Source: Coraliomargarita sp.
GTDB taxonomy: Bacteria; Verrucomicrobiota; Verrucomicrobiia; Opitutales; Coraliomargaritaceae
Length of the DNA stretch: 64,000 nt
Assembly: GCA_965216325.1 (NCBI GenBank)
Contig: OZ244160.1
Span: 544,001-608,000 of the forward strand
Reading direction: 5' to 3'
The position numbers and the translations under genes are program-made. This document shows, piece after piece, positions 29,957 through 40,257 of the stretch (positions within the stretch are counted from its first letter, which is position 1; each line of letters begins with the position of its first letter). The notes below the pieces were generated by a model that worked only from the letters and a program-made list of their open reading frames with translations, was not told the DNA's origin and did not search any database.

Positions 29957-30769
29957 ATGTCTGATTCGAATCCATCCACTGAGCAGCCCTTGCTTTCCGT
30001 GCGTGACTTGAAAGTTCACTTTCCGGTCCGTGCGGGTATTTTACAAGGTGTGGTGGATCATGTGCGGGCAGTGGATGGCGTGTCCTTTGATGTGCCACGC
30101 GGCAAGACGGTTGGGCTCGTTGGAGAAAGTGGTAGCGGTAAGACGACCACGGGCCGAGCGATTGCGCGATTGGTGCCGATTACGTCCGGTAGCGTGCACT
30201 ACGGTGGTCAGAATCTGGCAACGCTCACGCGCTCGGAGTTCTTTGCGTATCGTAAGAAGATCCAAGTTATCTTTCAGGATCCCTTTGGTTCGCTCAATCC
30301 GCGCATGACGATTTATAGCATTATCGCCGAGCCACTGGATATCCATTTTAAAGACTGGTCGCGCTTGCAGAAAGAGCAGCGCGTCGCCGAGTTGCTGACG
30401 CAAGTCGGGCTGAGCCCTGATTTTATGCAGCGCTATCCGCACCAATTCAGTGGCGGGCAACGCCAACGGATCGGGATCGCGCGTGCCTTGGCGGTGGAGC
30501 CCGAGTTTATTATCTGTGATGAGCCGGTGAGTGCTTTGGATGTTTCGGTGCAGGCGCAAATTGTGAACCTGTTACAGGATTTGCAGGATCAGCTGGGCTT
30601 GACCTATCTATTTATTGCGCACGACCTTGCGGTGGTGGAGCACATCAGTGATGAAGTGCTGGTAATGACCGAGGGCAAAATCGTCGAGCAAGCCTCGGCG
30701 CAGGCGATCTACGAAAATCCGCAGCATCCCTACACCAAGAAGCTACTGGCTGCAGTGCCGAGTTTGTAG
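29957..30769 (+). CDS. Peptide ABC transporter ATPase (OppF/DppF-like)
   Basis: [29 protein letters not shown]. Confidence 0.93.
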   Translation: MSDSNPSTEQPLLSVRDLKVHFPVRAGILQGVVDHVRAVDGVSFDVPRGKTVGLVGESGSGKTTTGRAIARLVPITSGSVHYGGQNLATLTRSEFFAYRKKIQVIFQDPFGSLNPRMTIYSIIAEPLDIHFKDWSRLQKEQRVAELLTQVGLSPDFMQRYPHQFSGGQRQRIGIARALAVEPEFIICDEPVSALDVSVQAQIVNLLQDLQDQLGLTYLFIAHDLAVVEHISDEVLVMTEGKIVEQASAQAIYENPQHPYTKKLLAAVPSL

Positions 30770-30784
30770 GCTTCGAAACGAAGG

Positions 30785-31945
30785 GTGGCTGTGGCAGAAT
30801 TGTTGAATACACAACAGGCGCTTGGCGTCTATTGCCATGTGCCGTTCTGTGCATCGACTTGCGACTTCTGTGCCTTCTATCAGGAGAAACCGCGGCGCGG
30901 GGATCTGGATCGCTATCTCAATGCGATGGAGCTCGAGTTTGAGCAGCTGCCGCAGGATCGAGTGGTGGATACGGTGTTCTGGGGCGGGGGCACGCCGGGG
31001 CTGTTGGCAGCAAAGGATTTGGAACGTCTCGCAAGCGCATTACGTAGTCGCTTGAAGGAAGCCCCCAAAGAATGGACCATCGAGATGGCGCCTTCGACAG
31101 TGAAAGCCGACAAGTTGGCCGTGCTGCGCGATCTCGGTGTGACCCGCATTTCGATGGGCGTGCAGAGCTTTGATGCCGATCTGCTGGAATCACTGGGGCG
31201 GCTGCATCGACCGAACCAGATCTATAAGGCATGGGACTTGGTGCAGGCAGCGGGCTTCCCGCAGAACAATCTCGATCTGATGTTCGCGATTCCCAATCAG
31301 TCGATGGAGCAGTGGGAAGCCGCGATTCGCGAGGCTGCGCGTCTGGGGCCAAACCATCTTTCGACCTATTGCCTGACTTTCGAAGAAGACACTGCCTTGT
31401 ATGTGAAGCTGTCGAAGGGGGAGCTCAAGATCGATGAAGAGCGCGAGTTGCGTTTCTACGAGCGTGGCTGGGAATTACTCGGTGAGCTCGGCTATGAGCA
31501 GTATGAGATCTCGAATTTTTCCAAGCCTGGAGCCGAGTGTATTCACAACATCAATACTTGGCGGATGACGGAGTGGATCGGCTGTGGGCCCTCTGCCGCC
31601 AGCCAGTATCAGGGGCAGCGTTACCAGCGACCGTCGAATCTGGATCAGTGGGTGAGTGCCGTGGAATTGGGAGTCCTGCCCAAAGAGGAATTGGTTCAGT
31701 TGGACGAGGATACACTGTTTGCCGACTCGGTGGTCTTCGGGCTGCGCATGAATGCTGGAATCGACATGGACGAGCTGGCCGCTCGTTTTGCAGGAGCGGT
31801 CAATGTGGCAGCTATTCGTGGCTTGCTTGCGCAGTTGGAAGGTGAAGGGCTATTGGAGCAGGATGGCTCTACAGTTCGTCTGACGCATGCCGGTCGCCTG
31901 GTATGCGACGCGGTGGGCAGCGCTGTGTTGGAGGTGTCGATTTAG
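30785..31945 (+). CDS. hemW: Radical SAM heme chaperone HemW (HemN-like)
   Basis: YCHVPFCASTCDFCAF, GGGTP, RISMGVQSF, YEISNF. Confidence 0.88.
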   Translation: MAVAELLNTQQALGVYCHVPFCASTCDFCAFYQEKPRRGDLDRYLNAMELEFEQLPQDRVVDTVFWGGGTPGLLAAKDLERLASALRSRLKEAPKEWTIEMAPSTVKADKLAVLRDLGVTRISMGVQSFDADLLESLGRLHRPNQIYKAWDLVQAAGFPQNNLDLMFAIPNQSMEQWEAAIREAARLGPNHLSTYCLTFEEDTALYVKLSKGELKIDEERELRFYERGWELLGELGYEQYEISNFSKPGAECIHNINTWRMTEWIGCGPSAASQYQGQRYQRPSNLDQWVSAVELGVLPKEELVQLDEDTLFADSVVFGLRMNAGIDMDELAARFAGAVNVAAIRGLLAQLEGEGLLEQDGSTVRLTHAGRLVCDAVGSAVLEVSI

Positions 31946-31948
31946 GTT

Positions 31949-32067
31949 CTGGGTCGTCTCGTCTCGCCGAGGCGACCGTTCGCCAGTGTAGGCTGAGCTG
32001 ACGTTCCATCGTGTATTGGCTATCTGAGCTTGATCGGCGAACGGCAGCCTCGGCGAGGCTGCCCTAC
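31949..32067. repeat. REP doublet (family 2), left flank of the RAYT
   Basis: GGGTCGTCTC(GTCTC)GCCGAGGCGACCGTTCG...CGAACGGCAGCCTCGGCGAGGCTGCCCTAC. Confidence 0.85.
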
Positions 32068-32111
32068 CTGTTGATCGCATTTGCAGTTTGTGATCGCTGC
32101 GTTAGGTTTGC

Positions 32112-32567
32112 TTGATGTTGCCTGAAAGGAAGCGTTTGCCGCATGATCCGCCTCCGTGGGTTAAAGATGGCTCGATCTATTTCATCACGATCAACTGTGT
32201 GCCGCGAGGACAGAATCAGCTGTGTCGATCCGAAGTGGCAGTGGCTATTCGAGAGAGTATCATTTTTCGCCAGCAACGTGGAGATTGGTGGGTTCAGCTG
32301 TTTCTACTGATGCCAGATCATCTGCATGCGCTTGTTTCGTTCTCTCAAGCTTCGGGTATGAAGTCGACGATTTCGAACTGGAAACGATTTGCTGCGAAGC
32401 AAATGAGAATCAGCTGGCAAGTTGGTTTCTTCGACCACCGAATTCGCGATGTGCATTCGCTGGTCGAAAAGGAGCAGTATATTCGAATGAATCCAGTTCG
32501 GCAGGGGCTGTGTAATATCCCTGATGAATGGAGATATTGCTGGAATGCCGAAGGTTTGAAAGGGTAG
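32112..32567 (+). CDS. REP-associated tyrosine (Y1/HUH) transposase, RAYT-like (start approximate)
   Basis: YFITINC, LMPDHLHAL (HUH), WQVGFFDHRIR, YIRMNPVRQGL; flanked by REP doublets. Confidence 0.88.
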   Translation: MMLPERKRLPHDPPPWVKDGSIYFITINCVPRGQNQLCRSEVAVAIRESIIFRQQRGDWWVQLFLLMPDHLHALVSFSQASGMKSTISNWKRFAAKQMRISWQVGFFDHRIRDVHSLVEKEQYIRMNPVRQGLCNIPDEWRYCWNAEGLKG

Positions 32568-32677
32568 GGTCGTCTCGCCGAGGCGACCGTTCGCAGTGGT
32601 GGCTGAATTTGCCATCCATTGTGGATTGGTTCTCTGAGCCTGATCGGCGAACGGCAGCCTCGGCGAGGCTGCCCTAC
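32564..32677. repeat. REP doublet (family 2), right flank of the RAYT
   Basis: GTAGGGTCGTCTCGCCGAGGCGACCGTTCG...CGAACGGCAGCCTCGGCGAGGCTGCCCTAC. Confidence 0.88.
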
Positions 32678-32777
32678 CTCTACACGACCTTTTGCTTGAT
32701 CTCGCACAAGGTCTTTGTCTTTATCCGCGCCTTCCCCGCCAACAGTTCCCCTGTTGGCGTTTGTTTTTATAACTAGC

Positions 32778-34382
32778 ATGGCACAAGCAACTTACTTTCA
32801 ACAATGGTTCTCGAATCCGCGTAAAGACATTATCGCGGGCACGGTGGTCGCGCTCGCGCTGATCCCGGAAGCCATTGCCTTCTCGATTATCGCAGGCGTC
32901 GACCCGAAGGTCGGTCTCTTTGCCTCCTTCTGTATTGCAGTGACGATTGCGTTCCTTGGTGGCCGTCCGGGCATGATCTCGGCTGCGACGGGTGCGATGG
33001 CGGTGTTGCTGGTGACATTGGTCAAGCAATACGGCATCGAATACCTGCTGCCGGTCACGATTTTGACGGGTATTCTGCAGATAGGTGCGGGCTTCTTTAA
33101 ACTCGGGGGGCTGATGCGCTTTGTGTCGCGCTCGGTGGTCACCGGCTTTGTGAACGCGCTGGCGATCATTATCTTCATGGCCCAGTTACCGGAGTTTCAT
33201 GGGCAAGGGCTCATGATGTATGGCATGGTCGCTGCCGGCTTGGGTATTATCTACGGTCTGCCGCGCATTACGACGGCAGTGCCATCGCCGTTGGTTTGTA
33301 TCGTGGTGTGCACCATCGTTTCCATGGTCTTTGATCTGGCGGCTCCACTTCCGGAGCAGGACGAAGCCAATTCTGAAGTCCTTGAAGAACTCCTCATTTC
33401 GCCCGGTGCGGTGACCGCTGAGCTTGAACTCGCTGAAGTCGCGGAAGAGCCAGCCAAATTGGATGGCCTGCGCACCGTCGGGCACATGGGTAATTTGCCG
33501 ACGGGTCTGCCGCAACTCGAAGCGCTCAAGGTGCCGCTGAACTTGGCGACGCTGGCCATCATTTTCCCATTTGCGATCTCACTGGCCATTGTCGGCCTGC
33601 TTGAGTCGCTCATGACGGCGACCATTGTCGATGACTTTACCGATACCAGCAGTAACAAGAATCGTGAGTGTGTGGGACAGGGTGTCTCCAATATTGTCTC
33701 CGGTATCTTTGGTGGTATGGCGGGTTGCGCGATGATCGGGCAATCGGTGATCAACGTGAAATCGGGTGGTCGGGGTCGACTCTCCACCTTCGCCGCAGGT
33801 ATTATTTTGCTCATCCTGATCTTGGTCTTGGACAACTTTGTGCGCCAGATTCCGATGGCGGCGCTGGTTGCGGTGATGATCATGGTTTCGATCGGAACCT
33901 TTAGCTGGCAGTCGCTTCTGGACCTTAAGGTGCACCACAAGACTTCCAGTGTGGTGATGATCACCACGGTCTTGGTGACAGTCTTCTCCCACAACCTCGC
34001 GCTCGGCGTGGGTGCGGGCGTATTGCTCAGTGCCTTGTTCTTCGCATACAAGGTATCCCGTCTGCTGGAGATCGATTCGGCGCTCGAAGTTTCCAAGAAG
34101 GAGCGTGTTTACACGGTGCGTGGTCAACTGTTCTTCGTCTCGGCGAGCAGCTTTGCTGATTCCTTCGATTTTAGCGAGGTTCTGGATAAGGTGCGCATTG
34201 ATGTGTCCAACGCACACTTCTGGGACTTGTCAGCGATTAACGCCTTAGACCGTGTTGTCTTGAAATTCCGTCGTGAAGGCACTGAAGTAGAACTCTTCGG
34301 TATGAATGAAGCCAGCAAGACACTCGTCCTTCAGGTCGCTAAGCATGACAAGCCGGGCGCGATGGACGAAGTCGGTCACTAA
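32778..34382 (+). CDS. SulP/SLC26-family anion permease with STAS domain
   Basis: [37 protein letters not shown]-terminal GQLFF...D.SA STAS. Confidence 0.92.
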   Translation: MAQATYFQQWFSNPRKDIIAGTVVALALIPEAIAFSIIAGVDPKVGLFASFCIAVTIAFLGGRPGMISAATGAMAVLLVTLVKQYGIEYLLPVTILTGILQIGAGFFKLGGLMRFVSRSVVTGFVNALAIIIFMAQLPEFHGQGLMMYGMVAAGLGIIYGLPRITTAVPSPLVCIVVCTIVSMVFDLAAPLPEQDEANSEVLEELLISPGAVTAELELAEVAEEPAKLDGLRTVGHMGNLPTGLPQLEALKVPLNLATLAIIFPFAISLAIVGLLESLMTATIVDDFTDTSSNKNRECVGQGVSNIVSGIFGGMAGCAMIGQSVINVKSGGRGRLSTFAAGIILLILILVLDNFVRQIPMAALVAVMIMVSIGTFSWQSLLDLKVHHKTSSVVMITTVLVTVFSHNLALGVGAGVLLSALFFAYKVSRLLEIDSALEVSKKERVYTVRGQLFFVSASSFADSFDFSEVLDKVRIDVSNAHFWDLSAINALDRVVLKFRREGTEVELFGMNEASKTLVLQVAKHDKPGAMDEVGH

Positions 34383-34405
34383 TCTTACCCCAAACAACAG
34401 ACATT

Positions 34406-35266
34406 ATGGCTAAGCCAAACATTCTCGCTTGCACCGACGGTTCGATCTACGCGCCGAGCATTTACGATCACGCTGCGTGGGCATCCAAGCAAATGGATGC
34501 GTCCGTGCACGTCTTGCACATGCTGAATCCTCATCATGAGGATCCGGTTAAAACCGACCTCAGCGGTTCGATGGGCTTCAATGCACGCAAGAACCTGATG
34601 GAAGACATCGTCGAACTCGAAGCAGCCAAAGCAAAGGTCGCGATCAAGCGCGGCGAGGCCATCCTCGAAGATGCAGAAGCGCAACTCCGCGACGCTGGGG
34701 TCAGTGAAATCCTTGCTGATCAAAAGCACGGCAAGCTCAGCGACTCTATCGAGAACTACGAGCGTGATGCAGACCTCGTGGTGATCGGAAAGCGCGGCAA
34801 CAATGCAAACTTTGAAAAGGGCCATCTGGGCAGTAATCTCGAGCGTGTGATTCGTAGTTGCCAGCACCCGGTGCTCGTGGCTGCACGTGAGTTCCAAAAA
34901 ATGGAGCGCTTCGTACTCGCGTTCGATGGCGGCGCGAGTGCCTTGAAGGCAGTCGACTACGTGGCAAGCGAGCCACTGCTCAAGGGCATGCACTGCTACC
35001 TACTGTATGTGGGCGAGGGCACTCCGAAGATCGAAGCAGCTCTCGCGGAAGCTGCGAAGAAGCTCGAAGCGGCTGGCTTTGAAGTGACGATTGAGCAGCG
35101 CGCGGGGGAGCCTGAGAAGGTGATCGAAGGCGTCGTGGCCCAGGATCATATCGATTTGTTGGTAATGGGCGCCTATGGGCACTCCAAGATTCGCCAACTG
35201 ATTGTCGGCAGCACCACGACTGCGATGATTCGCTCCGTGAAAATTCCAGTGCTGTTGTTCCGCTAG
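34406..35266 (+). CDS. Tandem universal stress protein
   Basis: ILACTDGS, DLVVIGKRG..LGSNLERV, DLLVMGAYGHS...GSTT. Confidence 0.9.
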   Translation: MAKPNILACTDGSIYAPSIYDHAAWASKQMDASVHVLHMLNPHHEDPVKTDLSGSMGFNARKNLMEDIVELEAAKAKVAIKRGEAILEDAEAQLRDAGVSEILADQKHGKLSDSIENYERDADLVVIGKRGNNANFEKGHLGSNLERVIRSCQHPVLVAAREFQKMERFVLAFDGGASALKAVDYVASEPLLKGMHCYLLYVGEGTPKIEAALAEAAKKLEAAGFEVTIEQRAGEPEKVIEGVVAQDHIDLLVMGAYGHSKIRQLIVGSTTTAMIRSVKIPVLLFR

Positions 35267-35393
35267 TTCTTGACGGAGTGCGGACACTCTTGTCCGCATC
35301 AATGGATGACAGCTTGTTAGGCAGCTGTGATGCTCAGGTGTGAGGAATGGCACAACCTTAAGGTGAGCTTGAGTTGCTTGCGGCTTCTTTAAG

Positions 35394-35541
35394 GTAGGGT
35401 CGCTTCGCCGAGGCGACCGTTCGGCAGACTATTCGGAATTCCCTGGCAATGTGGATTGCTACGCTGGACCAATGCGCCATCCTAAAAATATTGAGGAGCG
35501 CGTTATCTTAGCGAACGGCAGTCTCGGCGAGACTGCCCTAC
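35394..35541. repeat. REP doublet (family 2), third copy away from the RAYT
   Basis: GTAGGGTCGCTTCGCCGAGGCGACCGTTCG...CGAACGGCAGTCTCGGCGAGACTGCCCTAC. Confidence 0.85.
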
Positions 35542-35715
35542 CAAGCTATACCTCGCTTAAATGCTCTTAAGGTAGTGCCATTCCAGGAGTGAGCACCCTT
35601 CTGCTATGTTGTTTTTACAATTTCGATAATAGTAACATCAAGGGCGTCCCTTACTTGACTTAGGGCGCGTAGGCTTCTTTTCTCAAGGGCTCTACTTCTA
35701 CTTGTCATACGCCCT

Positions 35716-38700
35716 ATGAAGAAATTACTTGCCGCGAACCGCAGCGAAATCGCTGTCCGTATCTTCCGTAGTGCAACCGAGATGGGTTGCCGCACCGTAG
35801 CCATCTATGCGAATGAAGACCGCTTTGGTGTTCATCGTTTTAAAGCTGACGAAGCCTATAAGGTTGGCTCAGGAAAAGGCCCGGTTGCTGATTATCTAGA
35901 TATCGATAGCATCATCGATCTTGCTAAGGATAAGCAGGTCGACCTCATTCACCCCGGCTACGGTTTCCTCTCCGAAAATGCCGGCTTTGCCAACGCTTGT
36001 GAGGCCAATGGTATCAACTTTGTTGGTCCTAGTTCGGATCTGCTGGCGCGCATGGGCGACAAGATCGAAGCACGCAAGATTGCGGATCAAGCCAAGGTGC
36101 CCACCTTGCCCGGCACTGAGGACCCGATTGCAGACCCAAACAAGGCGCTCAAGACTGCCAAGAAGATTGGCTTCCCGTTGATCATTAAGGCCGCCTTCGG
36201 TGGTGGTGGTCGTGGTATGCGCGTGGTCAAGGATCCAAAAGATCTGAAAGCTTCACTCGAAGAAGCGCAGGGCGAAGCGCAACGTGCCTTTGGTAACTCC
36301 TCGGTCTTTCTTGAGCGTTACATCGAACGTGCCAAGCATATCGAAGTTCAGATCCTGGGTGATAAGCAGGGCAATGTGGTGCACTTGCACGAGCGTGACT
36401 GCTCGGTGCAACGTCGCCACCAGAAGGTAGTCGAGATTGCGCCGTCGATTGGCCTGCCGGATGATGTGCGCACCGCGCTGTGTGACGCAGCCGTGCAGAT
36501 CGCAAAGTCTATCGGTTATTACAGTGCCGGCACGGTTGAATTCCTCTACGACCTAGATACTGACGAGTGGTTCTTCATTGAGATGAACCCACGCATTCAA
36601 GTGGAGCATACCGTTACCGAAGTGATTACGGGTATCGATATTGTGCGTAGCCAAATCCTGATTGCGGAAGGTCACAGCCTGCATTCCAAGGAAGTTGGCA
36701 TTCCGCAACAAGCCGACATCCCGCGCAACGGCGTGGCGATTCAGGCACGTGTGACCACGGAAGACCCAGAGAAGAATTTTGCACCCGACTACGGTAAGAT
36801 CGTAAACTACCGCTCCGCGGCCGGTTTCGGTATTCGTCTTGACGGTGCCATGGGTGATACGGGGGCTGTGATTACACCGTTCTATGATTCGCTGTTGGTG
36901 AAGCTTACGGCATCGGCGAGCACCTTCGAGCTCGCGATCCAGCGTATGGAGCGCGCACTCAGCGAAATGCGTATCCGCGGTGTGAAGACCAATATTCCAT
37001 TCATTGAGAATGTGGTGGGGCATCCGATCTTTGTTTCCGGCAAAGCAACGACCACGCTGATTGATACCTCCAAGGAGTTGTTCAACTTCAAGCGCCGCCG
37101 CGACCGTGCGACCAAGATCTTGAATCTGCTCGGTGAAACGATCGTCAATGGCAACGAGCAGGTGAAAGGCCGCCCAGTGCCCACCATGGATTTGCCGGTG
37201 ATTGTTCCGGAACATGATCACACTTCGAAGCTGCCACTCGGCACCAAGGATTATCTGACGAAGCACGGCCCGGAGAAATTTGCCCAGTGGACTCGTAAGC
37301 AGAAGAAGCTGCTGGTCACGGATACGACGATGCGTGACGCGCACCAGTCCTTGCTTGCGGCTCGTATGCGCAGCTATGACCAGCTCAAAGTTGCCGATGC
37401 GATCGCGCAGCGTGCGGGCGATCTCTACTCGCTCGAATGCTGGGGGGGGGCGACCTTCGATACCTCGATGCGCTTCCTGCATGAGAATCCGTTCAAGCGG
37501 CTGCGCCGTCTGCGTGAGCGCATCCCGAACATCTGTTTCCAAATGCTGCTGCGCGGCGCCAACGGTGTTGGCTACTCCAACTATCCGGACAACGTTATCC
37601 GTGGCTTTATTAAGCACTCGGCCGAATCCGGAATGGATATCTTCCGTGTCTTCGACTCGCTCAACTATCTGCCGAACCTGAAGGTTGCGATGGAGTCGAT
37701 CCGCAAGGATACCAACTCCGTCTGTGAGGCGACCATCTGCTATACCGGTGACATCCTCGATGACCGTCGTGACAAGTATTCCCTCGAATACTATGTCAAC
37801 ATGGCCAAGGAACTGGAGAAGATGGGCGCACACGTGCTGGCGCTCAAAGACATGTCCGGCCTGTGCACACCGCATGCGGTCTTCAAGCTAGTCAAGGCGC
37901 TGCGTAGCGAGATCGGTATTCCGGTGCATTTCCATACCCACGATTCGTCCGGCATCGCTGGGGCGTCGATCATCAAGGCCGCTGAAGCGGGCGTCGATGT
38001 CGTTGACCTGGCAACTGCATCGCTGTCCGGCCTGACCTCGCAGCCGAACCTCAACTCCATCGTCAACGCACTGCGTGGCGACAAGCGCGATACCGGCCTC
38101 GATTTGGAATTTCTCAACGAGCTTTCCATTTACTGGGAAGCGGTTCGCCAGTTCTACGGTCCCTTCGACACCAGCCCGAAGTTTGGTTCGGCCGAAGTGT
38201 ACACCCACGAAATGCCGGGTGGCCAATACACCAACCTCCGCGAGCAAGCCCGTGCGCTGGGCCTCGGTGCCCGTTGGCCGGAAGTGGTGCGCTATTACCA
38301 CGATGTGAACGAACTGCTGGGTGATATCGTTAAGGTGACACCATCCTCCAAGGTGGTCGGTGATCTTTCAATGTTCCTGCTGACCAAGGGTGTGGAGCCC
38401 GCAGATCTGGTGAATCTCGAACCCGGAACAGCCTTCCCTGAGTCGGTGGTCGACATGCTTTCCGGAGGCCTCGGCCAACCAAAGGGTGGCTGGCCGAAGC
38501 AGGTGCAAAAGGTCGTGCTGGGCGACCGCAAGCCATTCAAGGGCCGCCCGGGCTCACGTGCTGAGAAGGTTGACATCAAGGCAACCCGTGCCGAGTTGAG
38601 CACTAAGTTCAAGCGCGAGATTAACGATGACGATCTCTATGCCTACCTCATGTATCCACAGGTCTTCACGGACTTGATCAAATATGTGAAGGAATACGGT

Positions 38701-39153
38701 CACGCACGCGTGCTGCCGACACCGGCATTCTTCTACGGCCTTCAGCCAGGCGAAGAAATCACCGTCGAGATCGAAGAGGGCAAGACCCTGATCATTAAAC
38801 TCATCTACGTCTCTGAGCCAAACGAAGACGGTGAGCGCACCTTGACCTTTGAGCTGAATGGTCGCGCCCGTGAGTGCGTGATTTTGGATAAGTCGATTAA
38901 GACCGAAACCAAGAAGCGTACCAAGGCCGATCCTGCGGACAAGATGCAAGTGGGCGCGCCAATTCCGGCGATGGTGAGCAGTGTCTCCGTTTCGGTTGGT
39001 CAGAAGGTCAAGAAGAAGGAAAAGCTCCTCGTCCTCGAAGCCATGAAGATGCAGACCACGGTCTATGCACTCGCCGATGGCGTGATTGACAAGATCGAAG
39101 TCCAAGCTGGCGATCAGGTCGACTCCAAGGACTTGTTGGTCAGTCTCCGCTAA
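35716..39153 (+). CDS. pyc: Pyruvate carboxylase (single chain)
   Basis: ANRSEIA biotin carboxylase, RDAHQSL/WGGATFD carboxyltransferase, HEMPGGQ, EAMKM biotinyl site. Confidence 0.97.
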   Translation: MKKLLAANRSEIAVRIFRSATEMGCRTVAIYANEDRFGVHRFKADEAYKVGSGKGPVADYLDIDSIIDLAKDKQVDLIHPGYGFLSENAGFANACEANGINFVGPSSDLLARMGDKIEARKIADQAKVPTLPGTEDPIADPNKALKTAKKIGFPLIIKAAFGGGGRGMRVVKDPKDLKASLEEAQGEAQRAFGNSSVFLERYIERAKHIEVQILGDKQGNVVHLHERDCSVQRRHQKVVEIAPSIGLPDDVRTALCDAAVQIAKSIGYYSAGTVEFLYDLDTDEWFFIEMNPRIQVEHTVTEVITGIDIVRSQILIAEGHSLHSKEVGIPQQADIPRNGVAIQARVTTEDPEKNFAPDYGKIVNYRSAAGFGIRLDGAMGDTGAVITPFYDSLLVKLTASASTFELAIQRMERALSEMRIRGVKTNIPFIENVVGHPIFVSGKATTTLIDTSKELFNFKRRRDRATKILNLLGETIVNGNEQVKGRPVPTMDLPVIVPEHDHTSKLPLGTKDYLTKHGPEKFAQWTRKQKKLLVTDTTMRDAHQSLLAARMRSYDQLKVADAIAQRAGDLYSLECWGGATFDTSMRFLHENPFKRLRRLRERIPNICFQMLLRGANGVGYSNYPDNVIRGFIKHSAESGMDIFRVFDSLNYLPNLKVAMESIRKDTNSVCEATICYTGDILDDRRDKYSLEYYVNMAKELEKMGAHVLALKDMSGLCTPHAVFKLVKALRSEIGIPVHFHTHDSSGIAGASIIKAAEAGVDVVDLATASLSGLTSQPNLNSIVNALRGDKRDTGLDLEFLNELSIYWEAVRQFYGPFDTSPKFGSAEVYTHEMPGGQYTNLREQARALGLGARWPEVVRYYHDVNELLGDIVKVTPSSKVVGDLSMFLLTKGVEPADLVNLEPGTAFPESVVDMLSGGLGQPKGGWPKQVQKVVLGDRKPFKGRPGSRAEKVDIKATRAELSTKFKREINDDDLYAYLMYPQVFTDLIKYVKEYGHARVLPTPAFFYGLQPGEEITVEIEEGKTLIIKLIYVSEPNEDGERTLTFELNGRARECVILDKSIKTETKKRTKADPADKMQVGAPIPAMVSSVSVSVGQKVKKKEKLLVLEAMKMQTTVYALADGVIDKIEVQAGDQVDSKDLLVSLR

Positions 39154-39175
39154 ACTGCGTGACCACTCTTAAAGC

Positions 39176-39202
39176 AAAGCCCGCCAACTCGGCGGGCTTT
39201 TT
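39176..39202 (+). terminator. Intrinsic terminator after pyc
   Basis: AAAGCCCGCC AACTC GGCGGGCTTTTT. Confidence 0.8.
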
Positions 39203-39359
39203 GTTTAGGTTGGGTTCCCTCCTTTAGGCGGATTCAGGAACAGGCTTTCGTCGCACAGGCATCTCGCCTGTGTTTTGAGGTCTACTAGGACACAGGCAAG
39301 ATGCCTGTGTTACGACTTTCCAGCTTGCACCGACGACGATTGAAACCAGCTTCGGTGAG

Positions 39360-40211
39360 ATGTCTCGTCTGTTTATTCTCTGTTCTCTTGTGATGGCCCT
39401 TGTTTGCGCGCAGAGCATTGCGGATCCGGTTGAGGGGCGCGTGTTGAGCCTTGATCCTAAAACACGCCTGCTGGAGCTGGAGCTGACCAAGTCGAAAAAT
39501 CAGGATCTCAACGTGGGCGAAACAGTTGTCTTCAAAGTGGGCCTCGGTGATGCAGCGATCGGTTATGTCGGCCGGATGATTCAAGGCAATGCGGCGAACT
39601 ACGCCAAACGCTGGAATCTGGAACAGGTCTTTCCTATCGATGGCGAGGGGGCTAAGGCGGTCAATGATGCGAACAAAAAACTGCGTGCGGAGACCGCTGC
39701 TATGTCGCGGCGTAAGTTTGTGCGTCAGGGCGACTTGATTCCAAATTTTGGCATGCTCGACCAGAATGGCGACTTTGTGCAAATCCGCCAGTATCGCGGT
39801 AAAGCCTTCGTGCTGAACTTTATCTTTACCCGCTGCCAAGTGCCAACCATGTGCCCAGCATCGACGACTCGCATGTCCGAGCTACAGGATACTGCCCGCG
39901 AAGCAGGGCTTGAGAACTTGGACTTTGTGACCATTACCTTTGACCCGCTGTTCGATTCGCCTGGGGTGCTGCGCCAGTATGCCAAAGGCTACGGTTTGGA
40001 GGGTGACAACTTTCACCTCTTAACCAATACGGATGAGAAAGTCATTGAGGATCTCCTGCGTCAGTTCGGGATCATGACGATCGAGGAAGACGGCACGATC
40101 AACCACACCATGGCCACGCTTTTGGTCGATGCCACGGGCCGTGTCGCCTATCGCAAAGAAGGCTCCAGCTGGACGGTTAAAGAATTCATGAAGGCAGCGA
40201 AAAAGCTGTGA
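39360..40211 (+). CDS. SCO1/SenC-family copper chaperone-like protein with an N-terminal extension
   Basis: FIFTRCQVPTMCP, TITFDP..DSP..L..YA, INHT. Confidence 0.85.
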   Translation: MSRLFILCSLVMALVCAQSIADPVEGRVLSLDPKTRLLELELTKSKNQDLNVGETVVFKVGLGDAAIGYVGRMIQGNAANYAKRWNLEQVFPIDGEGAKAVNDANKKLRAETAAMSRRKFVRQGDLIPNFGMLDQNGDFVQIRQYRGKAFVLNFIFTRCQVPTMCPASTTRMSELQDTAREAGLENLDFVTITFDPLFDSPGVLRQYAKGYGLEGDNFHLLTNTDEKVIEDLLRQFGIMTIEEDGTINHTMATLLVDATGRVAYRKEGSSWTVKEFMKAAKKL

Positions 40212-40257
40212 GTTGAACCGTTAATTTACGTTAATTAACGGTTCCCAAAATATCACC

